A stretch of 64,000 nt of DNA, from positions 1,902,782-1,966,781 of the forward strand of contig OY764222.1 in assembly GCA_963668325.1 (NCBI GenBank). Reading direction: 5' to 3'. Each line of letters starts with the position of its first letter. Position 1 is the first letter of the stretch. The stretch is from Paracoccaceae bacterium (GTDB lineage Bacteria > Pseudomonadota > Alphaproteobacteria > Rhodobacterales > Rhodobacteraceae). Below the pieces are notes generated by a model. That model had not been told where the DNA came from. It saw only the letters and a program-made list of their open reading frames with translations, and did not search any database. Made by a program: the position numbers and the translations under genes. This document shows, piece after piece, positions 42,335 to 52,058 of the stretch.

Positions 42335-43465
42335 TTAAGTCCGTAAGAACTCATCCATCAAAAATTCCACAACTTTTTTTGAAGCCTCGGAGTTGGACAA
42401 ACCTTTCGCAAGGGCATCCTGGTAAACTTTTCTTTGGCGGTCGCTGGAACTCCCATTCTTGGAAATATCTCTGATTCTGACCAAATAATCCTCACAGGAT
42501 AATTCTGTCGCATCAAACCATAATAGATCAATCAACTCTTCAGTAAGATCTTCAAAAGGTACCAGTTTATTTATACCAAGATCAATTAAATCACCGGAAA
42601 CACCATATCGTTGAGCTTTCCATCTGTTTTCGGTTATCAGAGTTCGGGGATATGGTCGCCAGGTTTGGTTGGAGGCCCGCAATCGGAAGAGATAGGCAAT
42701 TAACGATTGATAGGTAGCAACAAGTGCCATGGTGTCCCGCAAGGAGCTACAGATATCCGTAATCCTTTCTTCAAGAGTCGGGAATTTTGCCGAGGGTCTT
42801 ATATCCCACCAAAGCTTACTTGAATCTTCCATACATTGGGTGGAAACCAGGGTATTTACCATATCCGTATAACTTGAATAAGAATGCAGGGTTTCTGGTA
42901 ATCCTGTTCGGGGTAAGGAATCAAACACTGCAACTCGGTAGGATGAAAATGACGTATCCTCACCTTCCCAAAAGGGCGAGGAACAGGATAGGGTCAGCAA
43001 ATGAGGAAGAAAGTAAAGAGCTTGATTCATGAGATCAATGCGCAATTCCTCATCCTCAATTTCAATATGAATATGCATGCCACATATTAGTAACCGTCTG
43101 GCAGTAAAGCCTAGATCGGAAGTGAGGGCATTGTACCTCTCTTTGGGGGTATGGGATTGATCTTTCCAAGTGGCAAATGGATGGGTAGAGGAAGCAATCG
43201 GGGCATATCCAAATTCCTTGCAAACCTGGGATATAATTGTTCTTAGTGTAAGGAGTTCTTTGGCACTATCAACCACATTTGCATTAGGCTTTGTTCCAAC
43301 TTCTACTTGGCATTGTAGATATTCGTTTACAACCTGCCCTTGGATCTCAGATTGGCAAACCTCCATAAATTTAGGATCAGGCTTACGGATCAAATCCTTG
43401 GTTTCAGGATCTACAATTAGATATTCTTCTTCGATTCCTAATCTAAAGGAAGGTCTTTGGGCCAT
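42335..43465 (-). CDS. YbdK-type carboxylate-amine ligase (GCS2 family)
   Basis: N-terminal PSFRLGIEEEYLIVD and CGMHIHIEI motifs. 376 aa. Confidence 0.85.
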   Translation of the reverse strand: MAQRPSFRLGIEEEYLIVDPETKDLIRKPDPKFMEVCQSEIQGQVVNEYLQCQVEVGTKPNANVVDSAKELLTLRTIISQVCKEFGYAPIASSTHPFATWKDQSHTPKERYNALTSDLGFTARRLLICGMHIHIEIEDEELRIDLMNQALYFLPHLLTLSCSSPFWEGEDTSFSSYRVAVFDSLPRTGLPETLHSYSSYTDMVNTLVSTQCMEDSSKLWWDIRPSAKFPTLEERITDICSSLRDTMALVATYQSLIAYLFRLRASNQTWRPYPRTLITENRWKAQRYGVSGDLIDLGINKLVPFEDLTEELIDLLWFDATELSCEDYLVRIRDISKNGSSSDRQRKVYQDALAKGLSNSEASKKVVEFLMDEFLRT

Positions 43466-43634
43466 AATATGGTCTCATATTCTAGAAAGATAGTACACTG
43501 AGGGGAGGTAAAATTTCATTTTATGAATTTTACTTCGAACAAGTCCTTTGATTGTAACAAGAATTAAGTAGGGGGGCTCAGACTGTTCAGGAACCTAGTG
43601 AGTTGTCATGAAGACATTTGAAATTTGAATAAAC

Positions 43635-43709
43635 TGGCAGTCCCTAGGGGAATCGAACCCCTCTCTCCAGGTTGAAAACCTGATATCCTAACCGATAGAC
43701 GAAGGGACC
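43635..43709 (-). tRNA. tRNA-Glu (anticodon UUC)
   Basis: The reverse complement reads GGTCCCTTCGTCTATCGGTTAGGATATCAGGTTTTCAACCTGGAGAGAGGGGTTCGATTCCCCTAGGGACTGCCA. It folds by hand into a 75-nt cloverleaf with anticodon loop TTTTCAA and encoded CCA. Confidence 0.93.
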
Positions 43710-43769
43710 GCTAATTCTAACCTATTTATTAAATGGACTCCTTCCATTCAAGATATTTCTCAAAATTTT

Positions 43770-45548
43770 CTATACGGGAGTTGCCGCATCCTCAACTAAA
43801 ATTGTTGGAATGGTTTTGCCACTTCTGACGAAACTGGTTAGGGTTCCAACAACATGGATTTTATTTTTCCGAGAACCTAACAAAAATCTTACCAGAGGTG
43901 ATGAATCAGTATTTGGAAGAAACCCTTCTAATTGGACGCCAAATTCATCCTCCAGTAGGAGTTTGTATTGTCCATTTCCAAGATTAATTCTGGACTTGAT
44001 GATTTGATTGGCAAAACCGTAACGCGGTTTGGGTGATTTGATACCAAAGGGTTCAAGCTGGGATAACTTTTTTAGCAATGATATAGTAACTCCCTGAGAG
44101 GACAAAAGGCCGTCAATGTACACGGGAAAAGATTCCTTCCAAGATGCTCTTTGGAAATATAGCTCAGTAATCACCCGCTCAATAAAGGTTTTGATATTCT
44201 GGGGTAATAATTCAAGTATGACTCGCATGGAATTTCCTCCGCCAACATCGACAATCCCATCGTTTAAGCTATTGGCTACAATTATTCCCAGGTTTATCCC
44301 TGGAACTGACTGACCTATGGCAATAACCTTGGAACCCACATAAGTCATCAGTATGGTAGGCCTGTTGGTGCTTTGATTAATCTTGGAAACTATTTTTTCC
44401 AATACACTGAGGGGGCAGGCTTCATGAAAAGCCCAAACCAGCGGAGCCTCAGGATCTTTATCGCGAATTATAACATGGAATTTTTCAATATATTCACTGA
44501 CCAGATCATTTGAGGTTTGGTACAGTTCATTTAATTGACTAGAAATTTCAGAGGCTCTACCCTTGGAAGTAGAGGTTAACAGGTCCAATCCCAATTGGCT
44601 TTGTTGGACTACCTCTCCTGCACAAATTCGCTCTCCCAATTGAAAAGCTAACTGGGAAGACGAAATAGGTTTTCTCAGGGGGAGAATATCAAGTAATTCT
44701 CTAAGGGCGATATTCTCTCTCTTTTGAATCCTTTCCAAACCATTCTTTACAAATGCACGGTTCAATTTAATCATGGGAAGGTGGTCCGACACCGTTCCCA
44801 GAGCTACAAGGTCCATAAATGGATACAAATCAACGGCCTGTTGATTGTTTTTCCTGAATAAACGATTGGTAGCAACCATCAGAAGAAAAAAAAGACCTGA
44901 TGTTCCCAGGTAGGAGAAATCGGGGCACTCATCAAACCGATTGGAATTGATCAAGGCAAAGACTTTGGGGAGGTTTTCAACACTGATCAGATCATCGATT
45001 ACAATTACGTCAGTACCGTTAACCCATTCAGCCTTAAACTCAATATTAGTGCCGCAACCCAGGCAAATGATAATATCATTGGATTTCGCCAATTCTTCAA
45101 AGTGTTTCCTTGTAGGGAAAAAACCTTCAAGTTCCTTTTCAATACCCAGATGATTGATTCCTTTGGCGTAATGAGAAAACCATTTGATTAAGTTGACTAA
45201 TGAACAAATGGACCCCATCCTCCCATTTGTAATCACTGCAAATTTTTCCCTTGCAATAATCCCCTTGAAAATCCTATGGGCTGCCTTATCCAAGTCTATT
45301 AAGGTACTTGGATCAAACATTACATTTTTCAGCTTGGGATAAAGAAAGGTCTCTACTTCATCCGGTTCCAGATTCATTCTGGATAGGGATCGGGCAATAA
45401 TGTCATCTATATTGCAAAGCTGTTTCAAATGAAGAGATCTCTTGTCCTGTTCAGGGGTTAGACCTAACCACATTCGTTTGGTACAGGAACTTCTTATCCC
45501 TAAAAAAGCATGTGGATTATTAAATTCAGGGTTATTCAACATACCCAA
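43770..45548 (-). CDS. recJ: RecJ-like protein (DHH/DHHA1 fold) with degenerate catalytic motifs
   Basis: 592 aa, colinear with RecJ (LVALGTVSDHLPM, FQLGERICAG, C-terminal OB-like region) and next to glpX/hom as in other alphaproteobacteria. The motif losses are described in the findings. Confidence 0.8.
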   Translation of the reverse strand: MGMLNNPEFNNPHAFLGIRSSCTKRMWLGLTPEQDKRSLHLKQLCNIDDIIARSLSRMNLEPDEVETFLYPKLKNVMFDPSTLIDLDKAAHRIFKGIIAREKFAVITNGRMGSICSLVNLIKWFSHYAKGINHLGIEKELEGFFPTRKHFEELAKSNDIIICLGCGTNIEFKAEWVNGTDVIVIDDLISVENLPKVFALINSNRFDECPDFSYLGTSGLFFLLMVATNRLFRKNNQQAVDLYPFMDLVALGTVSDHLPMIKLNRAFVKNGLERIQKRENIALRELLDILPLRKPISSSQLAFQLGERICAGEVVQQSQLGLDLLTSTSKGRASEISSQLNELYQTSNDLVSEYIEKFHVIIRDKDPEAPLVWAFHEACPLSVLEKIVSKINQSTNRPTILMTYVGSKVIAIGQSVPGINLGIIVANSLNDGIVDVGGGNSMRVILELLPQNIKTFIERVITELYFQRASWKESFPVYIDGLLSSQGVTISLLKKLSQLEPFGIKSPKPRYGFANQIIKSRINLGNGQYKLLLEDEFGVQLEGFLPNTDSSPLVRFLLGSRKNKIHVVGTLTSFVRSGKTIPTILVEDAATPV

Positions 45549-45596
45549 TTGTATAATTTTTACTTCAAATATGAACTTGCGATTTCAAAAATCCTA

Positions 45597-45605
45597 TAAT
45601 TTTTG
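45597..45605. repeat. Left copy of the 9-bp target-site duplication TAATTTTTG
   Basis: Identical 9-mer directly abutting both IS ends (45597-45605 and 47307-47315). Confidence 0.75.
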
Positions 45606-47306
45606 CAGTAGTTCCCGCTAATTTTTAGCCCAAAGGCCAATTCTGTTCCTTATAAGCTCCCTCCACCAAGTTGGCAAGCGATACCGAAGAGTTTTTACCC
45701 CCATTATCTTTTCTTCTGATGTGATTTATTCTGAATATCCGGTGGAACACTTACGGTGACATGGTTGCTTTGCTAAGGATCACGAAGAAGCATCTCCCCT
45801 TCAATCATCTGGCGTGGTTCGATTAACAGGCGGTAATAGGTTTCCCAACTATTGATTTTAACAAGGGTAAACAACATTCGCATCGCTTCCCATAGATATT
45901 TCTTGCGTTTCTTCTTTTTGAGTGCCTGCTGAAACAGGCCGCAACACTGTGCAACCACCTGTTCCACCAGAAAATCCAGCAGGCATAAATTGGCCATCAC
46001 ACTGGCAAGATTGTACTTTCCATGACCATAGCTGTGCTCCAGCCGATAACCATTTCCGGCTTCGGACTTCAGAATTTTTATATTTTCGTTTTCTATCCGC
46101 CAGCGCGATCTGGCAGCTCGCATCATAGGCATCACCGTTGTTTCATTGAGAGGAAGATCAGAAACCCAGCCCCATTTGGTCGTCTTGACTTCATTGTCTT
46201 GTTTCTTGCCAATGGGCTTGGTTTCGGAATAGAAGAGGACATTGACCTCCAGGTTGACATTGCTGTCGTTCAGGGGGACGTTATTGAGCCAGCGGAACTG
46301 ATGGGTAATCACCCCTTTACTGGTTCGTTCCCTTCGGCTCAGGGCTTGGGTATCCGGATGGGTGTCAACCCAGTTATATAAGGCTTTGTGGTCACCTTCT
46401 CTGGCCCCCAGGATAAAGCGTAGATCATGCTTCTGCAAGTGTCTGATATGGGGCGCATTGGAAGCCAGCCCGTCTTCCACGACAATGGTCTTGAGATGCG
46501 GGTGATCTTCTCGGAAGGCGGTGATAAACCGTTTGGCGGCATTCCGTTCACAATCGTTCTTAGCCTCCCCATCCTTACGGGTGATCATTTCCGGGGCAAA
46601 CGGAATGACGGTCTTGATTGTTGGATGAACCAGAGCACCGGCCATCATCTGATGATAATAGGATTTGGTGCCGTTGCGATACGTCTTGACACAACAGGAG
46701 GAGCAACACACCTTGTTGGAGCTGTAATAACCGGTGCCATCAAGAGCCATGAGATAATGATCGCCCAAGACCGTGAAATGTTCCAGCCCCTTGCTTCGTT
46801 GGAAATTGGTGAAGACCGCCTTGAAGGCTTCACGGAAATGGCTGGGGTCAACCGGATCCAGTCGTTCGCGCAGACAAGTGTCGGAAGGCGCCTTCTTGAC
46901 ACCAAAAAGGGTTTTAAGGTTATATACAACCGTCGGGTCGGCATCCTTACCCCGGGTTTTTTGGTCAAAGTCCAGGAGGGAGGGTGATTTGACATGATAC
47001 ACCGCCAAACCTGACATCAGACAATCTCGGAGGGTGAAACCTCGGTTGTTGATTGGGTCTGGAACGGTGTCGAAAACCTTGCCAACGGTTGACAGAAGGC
47101 CTGGCATTGAAACATACCGACGGAGTTTCTGGTACATGATACTGCTCGAAAATGTTATTATTGAAAACAATTGTTATTGGTTCCAATAATATGAGAATCA
47201 TGGCAATTTGGCAAAAAGTGATTGCAAGCTGTTTACGAAAAATAAATTTTACTAACTTTGTAAACGCCCTGTTTATGGCGAAATAAAATTTAAGCGGGAA
47301 TTACTG
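45606..47306 (-). mobile_element. Insertion sequence (1701 bp), IS4-superfamily-like, single DDE transposase
   Basis: The terminal inverted repeats are CAGTAGTTCCCGCT (45606-45619) and the reverse complement of AGCGGGAATTACTG (47293-47306). They match 13/14, and about 17/21 if extended. The element is flanked by a perfect 9-bp direct repeat. The interior is visibly more GC-rich than its surroundings. Confidence 0.85.
45773..47170 (-). CDS. DDE transposase (IS4-like)
   Basis: Candidate DDE triad in LMALDGTGYY, IVVEDGLASN and SRWRIENENIKILK (RW.IEN...K signature). 465 aa. The true start may be an internal Met. Confidence 0.85.
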   Translation of the reverse strand: MFSIITFSSSIMYQKLRRYVSMPGLLSTVGKVFDTVPDPINNRGFTLRDCLMSGLAVYHVKSPSLLDFDQKTRGKDADPTVVYNLKTLFGVKKAPSDTCLRERLDPVDPSHFREAFKAVFTNFQRSKGLEHFTVLGDHYLMALDGTGYYSSNKVCCSSCCVKTYRNGTKSYYHQMMAGALVHPTIKTVIPFAPEMITRKDGEAKNDCERNAAKRFITAFREDHPHLKTIVVEDGLASNAPHIRHLQKHDLRFILGAREGDHKALYNWVDTHPDTQALSRRERTSKGVITHQFRWLNNVPLNDSNVNLEVNVLFYSETKPIGKKQDNEVKTTKWGWVSDLPLNETTVMPMMRAARSRWRIENENIKILKSEAGNGYRLEHSYGHGKYNLASVMANLCLLDFLVEQVVAQCCGLFQQALKKKKRKKYLWEAMRMLFTLVKINSWETYYRLLIEPRQMIEGEMLLRDP

Positions 47307-47315
47307 TAATTTTTG
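47307..47315. repeat. Right copy of the 9-bp target-site duplication TAATTTTTG
   Basis: See the left copy. Confidence 0.75.
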
Positions 47316-48003
47316 AAAGATTTTAAGATCTCAAAGCATGTCTTCAATCAAATGTAGAAATCAAAATTTCAACTCTCTGTAGGGAGTTAATTGATACAGG
47401 AATTGTTCAGGATTTTGGTAGGAAAGGGCTTTATTCCATTGGGGTGCTTTGGGCTTAAGCTGAACTTCACAAATAAAATTAGAATGTAATTTGCTCCAAT
47501 CCTCCTTTGCAAGGGGAGACAGGGCTATTCCAGTGGATTTTCAAACTGTTCCATTTATGGGAACACTCTAATTCAGTCGCACCTCCAGCAGTTCAAATAC
47601 CTTGCTCTGAAGTGCCGTTGGCTGGGTTGCCATCGTTATACTCCCTTCATCCGTCGGAAACTGTGAACCGGTAAACCCTCCACAGTTTTCTTGCTAGCCG
47701 CCTTCTTTTTGGCATTGGGCGAAACAACACTTTTGGCCACCGGCAAGCCCTTCTTCTCTTTGGCACATGACATGTCATGCGAGACCGTTACTGCTATGCC
47801 GAACTCTCATTTACCAGTTCTCGAATCAAAGAACTTATATTTGCTACCGTATTGGTTGGTAATGGTTTCAATATAATAGGCCATGGGTGGTGTGTCATTA
47901 TCGTTACCTATGGGAACAAAATATCATGATAAGAGAATTGGTAGAGGGGTATTGCCTTGTTATGATGGGGCTTTAAGGAGCTATGGGGTCTGTGAAGTTA
48001 AGC

Positions 48004-48990
48004 TTAAATCGGATGAGTATAAACCATTCTTCGCCTAGACCCGGTTTTAGAACGTAGCAGAATCGTATCGGTTTCCAGATACCCTGGCAATTTTTTGATT
48101 CCTCTGAGAAGCGATCCGTCTGTAACTCCTGTTGCCGAGAAGATAATATCTGACTGAACCAATTCCTCCAGACTATAAATCCTATCAAGATTTGTGATGT
48201 TCATTTTCCTGGCTTTCGCTTTTTCTGTTTCGTTCCGAAAAACTAGTCTTCCAAATATCTGGCCCCCGAGACATTTCAAAGCAGCCGCTGCCAGTACACC
48301 CTCTGGAGCGCCACCAATACCCATATAAACATCAATGCCTGTAATTTCCGGTTCCGAACAATGCATAATCGCGGCCACATCCCCATCAGTTATTAGCCGG
48401 ACCGCCACCCCTAAACTTCGAAGTTCGTCAATTAAGCCTTCATGTCTTGGCCGATCAAGGACACAGGAAGTAATGTCCCTGGGGGTACATCCCTTATACT
48501 TGGCAAGTGAATTGATAATTTCCGAAGGGTTTAATTCCAGTGAAACCAAATCCTTGGGATAGGCAGGCCCTATCGCCAGTTTCTCCATATACACATCCGG
48601 GGATTTTAAAATGGAACCCTTTGGCCCCATGGCTATTACAGTCAGGGCATTCGGTAAATCCTTGGCAGTTAATGTTGTTCCCTCGAGTGGATCAAGGGCG
48701 ATATCGACCTCTGGTCCTTTACCTGTACCAACACTTTCGCCGATAAATAACATTGGAGCTTCATCTCTTTCACCTTCACCAATGACCACCTCACCGGAAA
48801 TATCCAGTAAATTCAACTGCTTGCGCATGGCATCTACAGCAGCCTGATCGGCAATTTTTTCATTACCCCTTCCGATTTGATCAGCTGAAGCTAAAGCAGC
48901 CGCTTCAGTTACTCTCGCCAGACCGAGTGATAGCATTCGGTCCTTGAATTGAGACATTAGATTCATGGTACTATTTACCCTATCAACCAA
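48004..48990 (-). CDS. glpX: Class II fructose-1,6-bisphosphatase (GlpX type)
   Basis: LARVTEAAALASA, GEGERDEAPML, DPLEGTT and GIGGAPEGVLAAAALKC motifs. The likely real start is the ATG at 48966. Confidence 0.92.
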   Translation of the reverse strand: MVDRVNSTMNLMSQFKDRMLSLGLARVTEAAALASADQIGRGNEKIADQAAVDAMRKQLNLLDISGEVVIGEGERDEAPMLFIGESVGTGKGPEVDIALDPLEGTTLTAKDLPNALTVIAMGPKGSILKSPDVYMEKLAIGPAYPKDLVSLELNPSEIINSLAKYKGCTPRDITSCVLDRPRHEGLIDELRSLGVAVRLITDGDVAAIMHCSEPEITGIDVYMGIGGAPEGVLAAAALKCLGGQIFGRLVFRNETEKAKARKMNITNLDRIYSLEELVQSDIIFSATGVTDGSLLRGIKKLPGYLETDTILLRSKTGSRRRMVYTHPI

Positions 48991-49006
48991 AAAATGAGAG
49001 TGAAAA

Positions 49007-50308
49007 TCACTCGATTTCTTCTATTCTAATGGCAAAAGGGTCCTCTAGGGATACATCTGAGGACCTGATTTCACTAAGAGCCAGGTTCAGGTTCTTGCGA
49101 TTGGTCTTATGGGTAACTATGATAACCGGAGCTGCTTCGGTTGCATGACCGTATTGCCTCATACGGTTAATTGAAATTCCAGCATTACCGAGTGATGTTG
49201 CTATTTTGGCCAAGACCCCAGGTTCGTCCTTCAATAGGAGCCTGAGGTAATAGGGCACTTCAACGGCTGACTTACAGGGTTGAGCCATTTTAAGAGTATT
49301 AGCCCTTTGCCCAAACATTGGAATCCTTATACCCCTTGCAAGTTCTATCAGATCAGATAGAACAGAAGATGCTGTCGGGCCTCCGCCAGCACCTGGTCCT
49401 TGGAGATAAATTGTTCCTACAAAGTCACCTTCAAAAACTACAAGGTTGGTTGCATCTTCAATTTGTCCCAACGGTGATTTCTCTGGTACCAGACAAGGTT
49501 GGGTTCTTTGTTCAAGACCATTTTCAGTAAATTTAGAGATACCCAACAATTTGATTCGGAAACCCATATCCTTAGCCTGCTCAATATCGCCGAAGGAAAT
49601 TCTTTCAATTCCCTCAATTTCCATATTGTCGAAATCAACCTTTGTACCAAAGGCGATTGAACTGAGTAGAGCAAGTTTATGCCCAGCATCAATACCACCC
49701 ACATCCAAAGAAGGGTCGGCTTCAAGGTATCCCAGCTTTTGAGCTTCCTCAAATACCGTCCTGTAAGGCAGTTTTTCCTTTTCCATTTTTGTAAGAATAT
49801 AGTTGCAGGTACCATTCATCACGCCCAAAATCCGGTTTACTTGATTACCGGCGAGACTTTCAGTAAGGGATTTGACGACAGGGATACCTCCCGCAACAGC
49901 GGCTTCAAAACGGATACAGCTACTGTGTTCATCAGCTAATTCTGCAAGTTCCTGACCATGGTGGGCCAACATGGCCTTATTCGCGGTTACGACATCTTTA
50001 CCGCTTCTTAAAGCTGCCCTAGCAGATTCTAAAGCTATTCCTTCGGACCCACCTATCAATTCTACAAAAACATCAATATCTGGCCTTTGGGCCATTTCAA
50101 CCGGGTTATCTTCCCAACAAAATCGAGAAAGATCCAAATCTCGGTCCTTATCCCTATTTCGGGCTGACACAGTTGTTACAGTTATATTTTTCCCTGATTT
50201 TGTTCTGATGCTGGCTTGATTTTGAAGGAGCATGCTGACAACCCCCTGACCAACCGTCCCCAAACCGGCAATACCAATTTTTAAATCTGCATCCACAAGC
50301 TGCTCCAA
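49007..50308 (-). CDS. hom: Homoserine dehydrogenase
   Basis: NAD-binding IGIAGLGTVGQGV, catalytic-domain GVMNGTCNYIL, and a C-terminal ACT domain. Confidence 0.93.
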   Translation of the reverse strand: MEQLVDADLKIGIAGLGTVGQGVVSMLLQNQASIRTKSGKNITVTTVSARNRDKDRDLDLSRFCWEDNPVEMAQRPDIDVFVELIGGSEGIALESARAALRSGKDVVTANKAMLAHHGQELAELADEHSSCIRFEAAVAGGIPVVKSLTESLAGNQVNRILGVMNGTCNYILTKMEKEKLPYRTVFEEAQKLGYLEADPSLDVGGIDAGHKLALLSSIAFGTKVDFDNMEIEGIERISFGDIEQAKDMGFRIKLLGISKFTENGLEQRTQPCLVPEKSPLGQIEDATNLVVFEGDFVGTIYLQGPGAGGGPTASSVLSDLIELARGIRIPMFGQRANTLKMAQPCKSAVEVPYYLRLLLKDEPGVLAKIATSLGNAGISINRMRQYGHATEAAPVIIVTHKTNRKNLNLALSEIRSSDVSLEDPFAIRIEEIE

Positions 50309-50331
50309 AATTTTACAATTCTTTGTGTACC

Positions 50332-50535
50332 CTAGGGATTATCGTTTTCGCTTGCCTTAGGATCCTCAGGGGGATCAAAATCTGCTACAGGTAATATGTC
50401 TGCAGTTTTATCCTGATTCACCGTACTACCAATGCGCTTTTCAATTTCGATTATTTCCTTGGATGGTGGTATGCATCCTGACAGAACCGCCAACAAGAAG
50501 AATGAGGTTAACAACCCCAAAATAGAATAATTCAT
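50332..50535 (-). CDS. Small predicted lipoprotein
   Basis: 67 aa with a signal peptide ending in the lipobox LSGC. No recognisable family. Confidence 0.5.
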   Translation of the reverse strand: MNYSILGLLTSFFLLAVLSGCIPPSKEIIEIEKRIGSTVNQDKTADILPVADFDPPEDPKASENDNP

Positions 50536-50569
50536 TATTGTTTACCTGTACTGCACCAAATTTATGGAT

Positions 50570-51856
50570 TTAAGCTTGGTAAATTGGATACTTTGCACAA
50601 AGTTTCTGGACGTCCTTCCTGACCTCATCTTCAATCATTACATTTCCTTCCAAGCCGTGTTTTGCCAAACCAGCAAGAGTTTTGAGGATAAGTTTACCTA
50701 CCATTTCGAAGTCATTACTCTTGAAACCTCTTGAGGTACAGGCTGGTGTACCTAGCCTTATACCAGAAGTTATGGTTGGTTTCTCAGTATCAAAAGGAAT
50801 GCCATTCTTGTTGCAAGTTATATTAGCTCTTTCCAGAGAAACTTCTGCCTCGACACCTTTTATACCCATCGGTCTAAGATCAACAAGCATTACATGAGTA
50901 TCAGTTCCGCCTGTAACGATATCCACTCCACCATCCAGCAATGTTTCGGCCAAAACTTTGGCGTTCGTAACCACCTGCTTAGAATAAGTGACAAATTCGG
51001 GTTTCAAGGCCTCGCCAAATGCTACAGCCTTTGCTGCAATAACATGCATCAGAGGTCCTCCCTGAATTCCTGGAAATACAGCAGAATTCACTTTCTTGAT
51101 AATTTCCTGGCTATTGGTAAATACAGCTCCGCCCCTTGGTCCTCTTAAAGTTTTGTGTGTTGTTGTTGTTGCCACATCAGCAAAAGGAAAAGGAGAGGGG
51201 TGTACCTTGGCAGCCACCAGACCGGCAAAATGGGCCATATCAACCATAAAGAGAGCGCCAACTTCATCACATATTGTTCTAAATTTCTTGAAATCGATAA
51301 TTCTTGGAATGGCTGATCCCCCGGCAATGATTAATTTGGGTTTTTCTTGATGAGCCAAAGTTCTGATCTCATCAAAATCAATCAGGAAGTTATCTCTCCT
51401 TACCCCATATTGAATTGCATTGAACCATTTACCTGATTGATTGGGCTTGGCACCGTGGGTCAAGTGGCCACCAGAAGCCAGATTCATACCCAAAAAGGTA
51501 TCACCTGGGGCAAGAAGGGCATTGAATACAGCCTGATTTGCTTGGCTACCGGAGTGAGGTTGTACATTGGCAAATTGGCACTCAAAGAGTTCGCATGACC
51601 TGTCGATAGCAAGCTTTTCTGCAATATCAACAAATTCGCATCCACCATAATATCGTCGATTTACATACCCTTCTGCATATTTGTTGGTTAATACCGATCC
51701 TTGAGCAGCTAATACAGATGGGTTGACTATATTTTCTGAGGCAATTAGTTCAATCTGGTTTTGCTGTCTGTTGAGCTCTTCATTAATCGCGTGATTTATT
51801 TGTGGATCATTTTTCTCCAGCAAATTTTCCTGCAATGACAATAGGTTTATATTCAT
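50570..51856 (-). CDS. glyA: Serine hydroxymethyltransferase
   Basis: ELIASENI, and [14 protein letters not shown] containing the PLP lysine. 428 aa. Confidence 0.97.
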   Translation of the reverse strand: MNINLLSLQENLLEKNDPQINHAINEELNRQQNQIELIASENIVNPSVLAAQGSVLTNKYAEGYVNRRYYGGCEFVDIAEKLAIDRSCELFECQFANVQPHSGSQANQAVFNALLAPGDTFLGMNLASGGHLTHGAKPNQSGKWFNAIQYGVRRDNFLIDFDEIRTLAHQEKPKLIIAGGSAIPRIIDFKKFRTICDEVGALFMVDMAHFAGLVAAKVHPSPFPFADVATTTTHKTLRGPRGGAVFTNSQEIIKKVNSAVFPGIQGGPLMHVIAAKAVAFGEALKPEFVTYSKQVVTNAKVLAETLLDGGVDIVTGGTDTHVMLVDLRPMGIKGVEAEVSLERANITCNKNGIPFDTEKPTITSGIRLGTPACTSRGFKSNDFEMVGKLILKTLAGLAKHGLEGNVMIEDEVRKDVQKLCAKYPIYQA

Positions 51857-52058
51857 AAAGGGCCTCCGGTAATGAAATATATCATTAGCTTTTATCTCAA
51901 TTCATCTCTATTTCAAAAGGGTTTCATTTCCATGTACGATAGAAAATTGATTTCATTTACCTATATCGTGACAGTTCATTTAGTAAACAAGAATTACCAT
52001 AAAAGAATGGTATAGGGCGTAGAATTAACTTGGAAAGTAACAACCAACATAAAATTTT

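Noticed and set aside
46427-46987. 186-aa plus-strand ORF and several other long ORFs inside the IS.
   Set aside because: All are opposite or out of frame with the transposase gene. Long spurious ORFs are expected in this more GC-rich segment, and none shows a recognisable motif.
47807-47809. The in-frame TGA in the mini-ORF as a selenocysteine or other programmed recoding site.
   Set aside because: I saw no SECIS-like stem-loop immediately downstream on the coding strand. The peptide has no resemblance to known selenoproteins, and the neighbouring ORF also looks truncated. Decay is the simpler explanation.
51857-52058. A possible ZTP/pfl or other folate-related riboswitch in the 200-nt glyA leader. 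The region contains three TTCATT(T) repeats and a small acgata/tatcgt hairpin.
   Set aside because: There is no match to the ZTP core (CGUGACUGGCG ... CCGCCUGGGC-like pseudoknot). The repeats are short and AT-rich, and so unconvincing without comparative data.
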